64,000 nt of DNA from the human T2T-CHM13v2.0 reference genome, Homo sapiens. The DNA lies in the NCBI RefSeq assembly GCF_009914755.1, contig NC_060944.1. One strand, written 5' to 3'. Position numbers and translations under genes: made by a program. The stretch's first letter is position 1; each line of letters starts with the position of its first letter. Below the pieces are notes generated by a model that saw nothing but the letters and a program-made list of their open reading frames with translations, did not search any database and was not told the DNA's origin. Of the stretch, positions 39,467-51,400 are shown one piece after another.

Positions 39467-40850
39467 AGGGCAACTCTGTGAGTTGAATGCACACAACACA
39501 AACAAGTTTCTGAGAATGCTGCTGTCTAGATTTTATGTGCGGATATTTCGTTTTCCACCATAGGCATCAAAGCGCTCCAAATATCCAACCGCAGATTGTA
39601 CAAAAATAGTGTTTCAAAACCGCTCTATCAAAAAAAAAGATTCAACTCTGTGAGTTGAATGCACAAATCACAAAGAAGTTTCTGAGAATGCTTCTGCTCT
39701 AGTTTTTTTTGTGAAGGTGTTTCCTTTTCCACCATAGGCCTCAAAGCGCTCCAAATATCCACTTTCAGATTCCTGAAAAAGAGTGTTTTAAAACTCCTCT
39801 ATCAACATAAGTGTTCAACTCTGTGAGTTGAATGCACTCATCACAAAGATAGTTCTGAGAATGCTTCCGCCTAGTTTTTATGTGTAGGTATTTCCTTTTC
39901 CACCATGAGCCTCAAAGCACTCCAAATATCCACTTTCAGATTCTAGAAAAAGAGTGATTTAAAACTGCTCTATCAACAGAAATGTTCGACTCTGTGGGTT
40001 GAATGCACTTATCACAAAGAAGTTTCTGAGAATGCTTCTGTCTAGTTTTTATGTGAAGATATTTCCTTTTCCACCATAAGCCTCAAAGCGCTCCAAATAT
40101 CTACTTACAGATTCTACAAAAAGAGTTTCAAAACTGCTCTACAAAAGAAAGGTTCAACTCTGCGAGTTGAATTCACACATCACAAAGAAGTTTCAGAGAA
40201 TGGTTCTGTCTAGTTTTTATGTGAAGATATTTCCTTTTACACCATAGGCCTCAAACCGCTCCAAATATCCACTTGCAGATTCTGCAAAAAGACTTTTTCA
40301 AAACTGCTCAATCAAAGGAAAGGTCAACTCTGTGAGTTGAATGCACACAACACAAACAAGTTTCTGAGAATGCTGCTGTCTAGTTTTTATGTGCGGATAT
40401 TTCCTTTTCCACCATAGGCATCAAAGCGCTCCAAATATCCAACTGCAGATTCTACAAAAAGAGTGTTTCAAAACTGCTCTATCAAAGAAAGGTTCAACTC
40501 TGTGAGTTGAATGCACACATCACAAAGACGTTTCTGAGAATGCTTCTGCTCTAGTTTTATTGTGAAGGTGTTTCCTTTTCCACCATAGGCCTCAAAGCGC
40601 TCCAAATATCCACTTGCAGATTCTTCAGAAAGAGTGTTTCAAAACTGCTCAATCATAGGAAAAGTTCAACTCTGTGAGTTGAATGCACACAACACAAAGA
40701 AGTTTCTGAGAATGCTTCTGTCTAGTTTTTATGTGAAGATATTTCCTTTTACACCATAGGCCTCAAACTGCTCCAAATATCCACTTGTGGATTCTACAAA
40801 AAGACTTTTTCAAAACTGCTCAATCAAAGGAAAGGTTCAACTCTGTGAGC
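39467..40850 (-). repeat. Duplicated block (second copy ~43054-44440, offset ~3588)
   Basis: Shared rare words AAGGGCAAC, GCACAAATCA (39661/43249), GATAGTTC, CCATGAGCC, AATGTTCGAC, GAATGGTTC and GTTTTATTGTG. Confidence 0.85.
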
Positions 40851-43800
40851 TGAATGCACACAACACAAACAAGTTTCTGAGAATGCTGCTGTCTAGATTT
40901 TATGTGCGGATATTTCGTTTTCCACCATAGGCATCAAAGCGCTCCAAATATCCTACCGCAGATTGTACAAAAATAGTGTTTCAAAACCGCTCTATCAAAA
41001 AAAAAGATTCAACTCTGTGAGTTGAATGCACACATCACAAAGAAGTTTCTGAGAATGCTTCTGCTCTAGTTTTTTTTGTGAGGTGTTTCCTTTTCCACCA
41101 TAGGCCTCAAAGCGCTCCAAATATCCACTTTCAGATTCCTGAAAAAGAGTGTTTTAAAACTCCTCTATCAACATAAGTGTTCAACTCTGTGAGTTGAATG
41201 CACTCATCACAAAGATATTTCTGAGAATGCTTCCGCCTAGTTTTTATGTGTAGGTATTTCCTTTTCCACCATAGGCCTCAAAGCACTCCAAATATCCACT
41301 TTCAGATTCTAGAAAAAGAGTGATTTAAAACTGCTCTATCAACAGAAAGGTTCTACTCTGTGGGTTGAATGCACTTATCACAAAGAAGTTTCTGAGAATG
41401 CTTCTGTCTAGTTTTTATGTGAAGATATTTCCTTTTCCACCATAAGCCTCAAAGCGCTCCAAATATCTACTTACAGATTCTACAAAAAGAGTTTCAAAAC
41501 TGCTCTACAAAAGAAAGTTTCAACTCTGCGAGTTGAATTCACACATCACAAAGAAGTTTCAGAGAATGCTTCTGTCTAGTTTTTATGTGAAGATATTTCC
41601 TTTTACACCATAGGCCTCAAACCGCTCCAAATATCCACTTGCAGATTCTGCAAAAAGACTTTTTCAAAACTGCTCAATCAAAGGAAAGGTCAACTCTGTG
41701 AGTTGAATGCACACAACACAAACAAGTTTCTGAGAATGCTGCTGTCTAGTTTTTATGTGCGGATATTTCCTTTTCCACCATAGGCATCAAAGCGCTCCAA
41801 ATATCCAACTGCAGATTCTACAAAAAGAGTGTTTCAAAACTGCTCTATCAAAGAAAGGTTCAACTCTGTGAGTTGAACGCACACATCACAAAGACGTTTC
41901 TGAGAATGCTTCTGCTCTAGTTTTTTTGTGAAGGTGTTTCCTTTTCCACCATAGGCCTCAAAGCGCTCCAAATATCCACTTGCAGATTCTTCAGAAAGAG
42001 TGTTTCAAAACTGCTCAATCATAGGAAAAGTTCAACTCTGTGAGTTGAATGCACACAACACAAAGAAGTTTCTGAGAATGCTTCTGTCTAGTTTTTATGT
42101 GAAGATATTTCCTTTTACACCATAGGCCTCAAACTGCTCCAAATATCCACTTGTGGATTCTACAAAAAGACTTTTTCAAAACTGCTCAATCAAAGGAAAG
42201 GTTCAACTCTGTGAGTTGAATGCACACAACACAAACAAGTTTCTGAGAATGCTGCTGTCTAGATTTTATGTGCGGATATTTCGTTTTCCACCATAGGCAT
42301 CAAAGCGCTCCAAATATCCAACCGCAGATTGTACAAAAATAGTGTTTCAAAACTGCTCTATCAAAGAAAAAGGTTAAACTCTGTGAGTTGAATGCACACA
42401 TCACAAAGAAGTTTCTGAGAATGCTTCTGATCTAGTTTTTTTTGTGAAGGTGTTTCCTTTTCCACCATAGGCCTCAAAGCGCTCCAAATATCCACTTTCA
42501 GATTCCTGAAAAAGAGTGTTTTAAAACTCCTCTATGAACATAAATGTTCAACTCTGTGAGTTGAATGCACTCATCACAAAGATATTTCTGAGAATGCTTC
42601 CGCCTAGATTTTATGTGTAGGTATTTCCTTTTCCACCATAGGCCTCAGAGCACTCCAAATATCCACTTTCAGATTCTAGAAAAAGAGTGATTTAAAACTG
42701 CTCTATCAACAGAAAGGTTCGACTCTGTGAGTTGAATGCACTTATCACAAAGAAGTTTCTGAGAATGCTTCTGTCTAGTTTTTATGTGAAGATATTTCCT
42801 TTTCCACCATAAGCCTCAAAGCGCTCCAAATATCTACTTACACATTCTACAAAAAGAGTTTCAAAACTGCTCTACAAAAGAAAGGTTCAACTCTGCGAGT
42901 TGAATTCACACATCACAAAGAAGTTTCAGAGAATGCTTCTGTCTAGTTTTTATGTGAAGATATTTCCTTTTACACCATAGGCCTCAAACCGCTCCAAATA
43001 TCCACTTGCAGATTCTGCAAAAAGACTTTTTCAAAAGTGCTCAATCAAAGGAAAGGGCAACTCTGTGAGTTGAATGCACACAACACAAACAAGTTTCTGA
43101 GAATGCTGCTGTCTAGATTTTATGTGCGGATATTTCGTTTTCCACCATAGGCATCAAAGCGCTCCAAATATCCAACCGCAGATTGTACAAAAATAGTGTT
43201 TCAAAACCGCTCTATCAAAAAAAAAAGATTCAACTCTGTGAGTTGAATGCACAAATCACAAAGAAGTTTCTGAGAATGCTTCTGCTCTAGTTTTTTTTGT
43301 GAAGGTGTTTCCTTTTCCACCATAGGCCTCAAAGCGCTCCAAATATCCACTTTCAGATTCCTGAAAAAGAGTGTTTTAAAACTCCTCTATCAACATAAGT
43401 GTTCAACTCTGTGAGTTGAATGCACTCATCACAAAGATAGTTCTGAGAATGCTTCCGCCTAGTTTTTATGTGTAGGTATTTCCTTTTCCTCCATGAGCCT
43501 CAAAGCACTCCAAATATCCACTTTCAGATTCTAGAAAAAGAGTGATTTAAAACTGCTCTATCAACAGAAATGTTCGACTCTGTGGGTTGAATGCACTTAT
43601 CACAAAGAAGTTTCTGAGAATGCTTCTGTCTAGTTTTTATGTGAAGATATTTCCTTTTCCACCATAAGCCTCAAAGCGCTCCAAATATCTACTTACACAT
43701 TCTACAAAAAGAGTTTCAAAACTGCTCTACAAAAGAAAGGTTCAACTCTGCGAGTTGAATTCACACATCACAAAGAAGTTTCAGAGAATGGTTCTGTCTA

Positions 43801-46800
43801 GTTTTTATGTGAAGATATTTCCTTTTACACCATAGGCCTCAAACCGCTCCAAATATCCACTTGCAGATTCTGCAAAAAGACTTTTTCAAAACTGCTCAAT
43901 CAAAGGAAAGGTCAACTCTGTGAGTTGAATGCACACAACACAAACAAGTTTCTGAGAATGCTGCTGTCTAGTTTTTATGTGCGGATATTTCCTTTTCCAC
44001 CATAGGCATCAAAGCGCTCCAAATATCCAACTGCAGATTCTACAAAAAGAGTGTTTCAAAACTGCTCTATCAAAGAAAGGTTCAACTCTGTGAGTTGAAT
44101 GCACACATCACAAAGACGTTTCTGAGAATGCTTCTGCTCTAGTTTTATTGTGAAGGTGTTTCCTTTTCCACCATAGGCCTCAAAGCGCTCCAAATATCCA
44201 CTTGCAGATTCTTCAGAAAGAGTGTTTCAAAACTGCTCAATCATAGGAAAAGTTCAACTCTGTGAGTTGAATGCACACAACACAAAGAAGTTTCTGAGAA
44301 TGCTTCTGTCTAGTTTTTATGTGAAGATATTTCCTTTTACACCATAGGCCTCAAACTGCTCCAAATATCCACTTGTGGATTCTACAAAAAGACTTTTTCA
44401 AAACTGCTCAATCAAAGGAAAGGTTCAACTCTGTGAGCTGAATGCACACAACACAAACAAGTTTCTGAGAATGCTGCTGTCTAGATTTTATGTGCGGATA
44501 TTTCATTTTACACCATAGGCATCAAAGCGCTCCAAATATCCAACCGCAGATTGTACAAAAATAGTGTTTCAAAACTGCTCTATCCAAAAAAAAGATTCAA
44601 CTCTGTGAGTTGAATGCACACATCACAAAGAAGTTTCTGAGAATGCTTCTGCTCTAGTTTTTTTTGTGAAGGTGTTTCCTTTTCCACCATAGGCCTCAAA
44701 GCGCTCCAAATATCCACTTTCAGATTCCTGAAAAAGAGTGTTTTAAAACTCCTCTATCAACATAAGTGTTCAACTCTGTGAGTTGAATGCACTCATCACA
44801 AGGATATTTCTGAGAATGCTTCCGCCTAGTTTTTATGTGTAGGTATTTCGTTTTCCACCATAGGCCTCAAAGCACTCCAAATATCCACTTTCAGATTCTA
44901 GAAAAAGAGTGATTTAAAACTGCTCTATCAACAGAAAGGTTCGACTCTGTGGGTTGAATTCACTTATCACAAAGAAGTTTCTGAGAATGCTTCTGTCTAG
45001 TTTTTATGTGAAGATATTTCCTTTTCCACCATAAGCCTCAAAGCGCTCCAAATATCTACTTACAGATTCTACAAAAAGAGTTTCAAAACTGCTCTACAAA
45101 AGAAAAGTTCAACTCTGCGAGTTGAATTCACACATCACAAAGAAGTTTCAGAGAATGCTTCTGTCTAGTTTTTATGTGAAGATATTTCCTTTTACACCAT
45201 AGGCCTCAAACCGCTCCAAATATCCACTTGCAGATTCTGCAAAAAGACATTTTCAAAACTGCTCAATCAAAGGAAAGGTCAACTCTGTGAGTTGAATGCA
45301 CACAACACAAACAAGTTTCTGAGAATGCTGCTGTCTAGATTTTATGTGCGGATATTTCGTTTTCCAGCATAGGCATCAAAGCGCTCCAAATATCCAACCG
45401 CAGATTGTACAAAAATAGTGTTTCAAAACTGCTCTATCAAATAAAAAGGTTCAACTCTGTGAGTTGAATGCACACATCAGAAAGAAGTTTCTGAGAATGC
45501 TTCTGCTCTAGTTTTTTTTTGTTAAGGTGTTTCCTTTTCCACCATAGACCTCAAAGCGCTCCAAATATCCACTTTCAGATACCTGAAAAAGAGTGTTTTA
45601 AAACTCCTCTATCAACATAAATGTTCAACTCTGTGAGTTGAATGCACTCATCACAAAGATATTTCTGAGAATGCTTCCGCCTAGTTTTTATGTGTAGGTA
45701 TTTCCTTTTCCACCATAGGCCTCAAAGCACTCCAAATATCCACTTTCAGATTCTAGAAAAAGAGTGATTTAAAACTGCTCTATCAACAGAAAGGTTCGAC
45801 TCTGTGGGTTGAATGCACTTATCACAAAGAAGTTTCTGAGAATGCTTCTGTCTAGTTTTTATGTGAAGATATTTCCTTTTCCACCATAAGCCTCAAAGCG
45901 CTCCAAATATCTACTTACAGATTCTCCAAAAAGAGTTTCAAAACTGCTCTACAAAAGAAAGGTTCAACTCTGCGAGTTGAATTCACACATCACAAAGAAG
46001 TTTCAGAGAATGCTTCTGTCTAGTTTTTATGTGAAGATATTTCCTTTTACACCATAGGCCTCAAACCGCTCCAAATATCCACTTGCAGATTCTGCAAAAA
46101 GACTTTTTCAAAACTGCTCAATCAAAGGAAAGGTCAACTCTGTGAGTTGAATGCACACAACACAAACAAGTTTCTGAGAATGCTGCTGTCTAGTTTTTAT
46201 GTGCGGATATTTCCTTTTCCACCATAGGCATCAAAGCGCTCCAAATATCCAACTGCAGATTCTACAAAAAGAGTGTTTCAAAACTGCTCTATCAAAGAAA
46301 GGTTCAACTCTGTGAGTTGAATGCACACATCACAAAGACGTTTCTGAGAATGCTTCTGCTCTAGTTTTTTTGTGAAGGTGTTTCCTTTTCCACCATAGGC
46401 CTCAAAGCGCTCCAAATATCCACTTGCAGATTCTTCAGAAAGAGTGTTTCAAAACTGCTCAATCATAGGAAAAGTTCAACTCTGTGAGTTGAATGCACAC
46501 AACACAAAGAAGTTTCTGAGAATGCTTCTGTCTAGTTTTTATGTGAAGCTATTTCCTTTTACACCATAGGCCTCAAACTGCTCCAAATATCCACTTGTGG
46601 ATTCTACAAAAAGACTTTTTCAAAACTGCTCAATCAAAGGAAAGGTTCAACTCTGTTAGCTGAATGCACACAACACAAACATGTTTCTGAGTATGCTGCT
46701 GTCTAGATTTTATGTGCGGATATTTCATTTTCCACCATAGGCATCAAAGCGCTCCAAATATCCAACCGCAGATTGTACAAAAATAGTGTTTCAAAACTGC

Positions 46801-48499
46801 TCTATGAAAAAAAAAGGTGCAACTCTGTGAGTTGAACGCACACATCACAAAGAAGTTTCAGAGAATGCTTCTGTCTAATTTTTATGTGAAGATATTTCCT
46901 TTTACACCATAGGCCTCAAACCGCTCCAAATATCCACTTGCAGATTCTGCAAAAAGACTTTTTCAAAACTGCTCAATCAAAGGAAACGTCAACTCTGTGA
47001 GTTGAATGCACACAACACAAACAAGTTTCTGAGAATGCTGCTGTCTAGTTTTTATGTGCGGATATTTCCTTTTCCACCATAGGCATCAAAGCGCTCCAAA
47101 TATCCAACTGCAGATTCTACAAAAAGAGTGTTTCAAAACTGCTCTATCAAAGAAAGGTTCAACTCTGTGAGTTGAATGCACACATCACAAAGACGTTTCT
47201 GAGAATGTTTCTGCTCTAGTTTTTTTGTGAAGGTGTTTGCTTTTCCACCATAGGCCTCAAAGCGCTCCAAATATCCACTTGCAGATTCTTCAGAAAGAGT
47301 GTTTCAAAACTGCTCAATCATAGGAAAAGTTCAACTCTGTGAGTTGAATGCACACAACACAAAGAAGTTTCTGAGAATGCTTCTGTCTAGTTTTTATGTG
47401 AAGATATTTCCTTTTACACCATAGGCCTCAAACTGCTCCAAATATCCACTTGTGGATTCTACAAAAAGACTTTTTCAAAACTGCTCAATCAAAGGAAAGG
47501 TTCAACTCTGTGAGCTGAATGCACACAACACAAACAAGTTTCTGAGAATGCTGCTGTCTAGATTTTATGTGCGGATATTTCGTTTTCCACCATAGGCATC
47601 AAAGCGCTCCAAATGTCCAACCGCAGATTGTACAAAAATAGTGTTTCAAAACTGCTCTATCAAAAAAAAAGGTTCAACACTGTGAGTTGAATGCACACAT
47701 CACAAAGAAGTTTCTGAGAATGCTTCTGCTCTAGTTTTTTTTGTGAAGGTGTTTCCTTTTCCACCATAGGCCTCAAAGCGCTCCAAATATCCACTTTCAG
47801 ATTCCTGAAAAAGAGTGTTTTAAAACTCCTCTATCAACATAAATGTTCAACTCTGTGAGTTGAATGCACTCATCACAAAGATATTTCTGAGAATGCTTCC
47901 GCCTAGTTTTTATGTGTAGGTATTTCCTTTTCCACCATAGGCCTCAGAGCACTCCAAATATCCACTTTCAGATTCTAGAAAAAGAGTGATTTAAAACTGC
48001 TCTATCAACAGAAAGGTTCGACTCTGTGAGTTGAATGCACTTATCACAAAGAAGTTTCTGAGAATGCTTCTGTCTAGTTTTTATGTGAAGATATTTCCTT
48101 TTCCACCATAAGCCTCAAAGCGCTCCAAATATCTACTTACAGATTCTACAAAAAGAGTTTCAAAACTGCTCTACAAAAGAAAGGTTCAACTCTGCGAGTT
48201 GAATTCACACATCACAAAGAAGTTTCAGAGAATGCTTCTGTCTAGTTTTTATGGGAAGATATTTTCTTTTACACCATAGGCCTCAAACCGCTCCAAATAT
48301 CCACTTGCAGATTCTGCAAAAAGACTTTTTCAAAACTGCTCAATCAAAGGAAAGGTCAACTCTGTGAGTTGAATGCACACAACACAAACAAATTTCTGAG
48401 AATGCTGCTGTCTAGTTTTAATGTGCGAATATTTCCTTTTCCACCATAGGCATCAAAGCGCTCCAAATATCCAACTGCAGATTCTACAAAAAGAGTGTT

Positions 48500-51400
48500 T
48501 CAAAACTGCTCTATCAAAGAAAGGTTCAACTCTGTGAGTTGAATGCACACATCACAAAGACGTTTCTGAGAATGCTTCTGCTCTAGTTTTTTTGTGAAGG
48601 TGTTTCCTTTTCCACCATAGGCCTCAAAGCGCTCCAAATATCCACTTGCAGATTCTTCAGAAAGAGTGTTTCAAAACTGCTCAATCATAGGAAAAGTTCA
48701 ACTCTGTGAGTTGAATGCACACAACAGAAAGAAGTTTCTGAGAATGCTTCTGTCTAGTTTTTATGTGAAGATATTTCCTTTTACACCATAGGCCTCAAAC
48801 TGCTCCAAATATCCACTTGTGGATTCTACAAAAAGACTTTTTCAAAACTGCTCAATCAAAGGAAAGGTTCAACTCTGTGAGTTGAATGCACACAACACAA
48901 ACAAGTTTCTGAGAATGCTGCTGTCTAGATTTTATGTGCGGATATTTCATTTTCCACCATAGGCATCAAAGCGCTCCAAATATCCAACCGCAGATTGTAC
49001 AAAAATAGTGTTTCAAAACTGCTCTATCAAATAAAAAGTTTCAACTCTTTTAGTTGAATGCACACATCAGAAAGAAGTTTCTGAGAATGCTTCTGCTCTA
49101 GTTTTTTTTTGTGAAGGTGTTTCCTTTTCGACCATAGGCCTCAAAGCGCTCCAAATATCCACTTTCAGATACCTGAAAAAGAGTGTTTTAAAACTCCTAT
49201 ATCAACATAAATGTTCAACTCTGTGAGTTGAATGAACTCATCACAAAGATATTTCTGAGAATGCTTCCGACTAGTTTTTATGTGTAGGTATTTCCTTTTC
49301 CACCATAGGCCTCAAAGCACTCCAAATATCCAATTTCAGATTCTAGAAAAAGAGTGATTTAAATCTGCTCTATCAACAGAAAGGTTCGACACTGTGAGTT
49401 GAATGCACTTATCACAAAGAAGTTTCTCGAGAATGCTTCTGTCTAGTTTTTATGTGAAGATATTTCCTTTTCCACCATAAGCCTCAAAGCGCTCCAAATA
49501 TCTACTTACAGATTCTACAAAAAGAGTTTCAAAACTGCTCTACAAAAGAAAGGTTCAACTCTGTGAGTTGAATTCACACATCACAAAGAAGTTTCAGAGA
49601 ATGCTTCTGTCTAGTTTTTATGTGAAGATATTTCCTTTTACACCATAGGCCTCAAACCGCTCCAAATATCCAGTTGCAGATTCTGCAAAAAGAATTTTTC
49701 AAAACTGCTCAATCAAAGGAAAGGTCAACTCTGTGAGTTGAATGCACACAACACAAACAAGTTTCTGAGAATGCTGCTGTCTATTTTTTATGTGAAGATA
49801 TTTTCTATTACACCATAGGCCTCAAACTGCTCCAAATATCCACTTGTGAATTCTACAAAAAGACTTTTTCAAAACTGCTCAATCAAAGGAAAGGTTCAAC
49901 TCTGTGAGCTGAATGCACACAACACAAACAAGTTTCTGAGAATGCTGCTGTCTAGATTTTATGTGCGGATATTTCGTTTTCCACCATAGGCATCAAAGCG
50001 CTCCAAATATCCAACCACAGATTGTACAAAAATAGTGTTTCAAAACTGCTCTATCAAATAAAAAGTTTCAACTCTGTGAGTTGAATGCACACATCACAAC
50101 GAAGTTTCTGAGAATGCTTCTGCTCTAGTTTTTTTTGTGAAGTTGTTTCCTTTTCCACCATAGGCCTCAAAGCGCTCCAAATATCCACTTTCAGATTCCT
50201 GAAAAAGAGTGTTTTAAAACTCCTCTATCAACATAAGTGTTCAACTCTGTGAGTTGAATGCACTCATCACAAAGGTATTTCAGAGAATGCTTCCGCATAG
50301 TTTTTATGTGTAGGTATTTCCTTTTCCACCATAGCCCTCAAAGCACTCCAAATATCCACTTTCAGATTCTAGAAAAAGAGTGATTTAAAACTGCTCTATC
50401 CACAGAAAGGTTCGACTCTGTGAGTTGAATGCACTTATCACAAAGAAGTTTCTGAGAATGCTTCTGTCTAGTTTTTATGTGAAGATATTTCCTTTTCCAC
50501 CATAAGCCTCAAAGCGCTCCAAATATCTACTTACAGATTCTACAAAAAGAGTTTCAAAACTGCTCTACAAAAGAAAGGTTCAACTCTGTGAGTTGAATTC
50601 ACACATCACAAAGAAGTTTCAGAGAATGCTTCTGTCTAGTTTTTCTGTGAAGATATTTCCTTTTACACCATAGGCCTCAAACCGCTCCAAATATCCACTT
50701 GCAGATTCTGCAAAAAGACTTTTTCAAAACTGCTCAATCAAAGGAAAGGTCAACTCTGTGAGTTGAATGCACACAACACAAACAAGTTTCTGAGAATGCT
50801 GCTGTCTAGTTTTTATGTGCGGATATTTCCTTTTCCACCATAGGCATCAAAGCGCTCCAAATATCCAACTGCAGATTCTACAAAAAGAGTGTTTCAAAAC
50901 TGCTCTATCAAAGAAAGGTTCAACTCTGTGAGTTGAATGCACACATCACAAAGACGTTTCTGAGAATGCTTCTGCTCTAGTTTTTTTGTGAAGGTGTTTC
51001 CTTTTCCACCATAGGCCTCAAAGCGCTCCAAATATCCACTTGCAGATTATTCAGAAAGAGTGTTTCAAAACTGCTCAATCATAGGAAAAGTTCAACTCTG
51101 TGAGTTGAATGCACACAACACAAAGAAGTTTCTGAGAATGCTTCTGTCTAGTTTTTATGTGAAGATATTTCCTTTTACACCATAGGCCTCAAACTGCTCC
51201 AAATATCCACTTGTGGATGCTACAAAAAGACTTTTTCAAAACTGCTCAATCAAAGGAAAGGTTCAACTCTGTGAGCTGAATGCACACAACACAAACAAGT
51301 TTCTGAGAATGCTGCTGTCTAGATTTTACGTGCGGGTATTTCGTTTTCCACCATAGGCATCAAAGCGCTCCAAATATCCAACCGCAGATTGTACAAAAAT

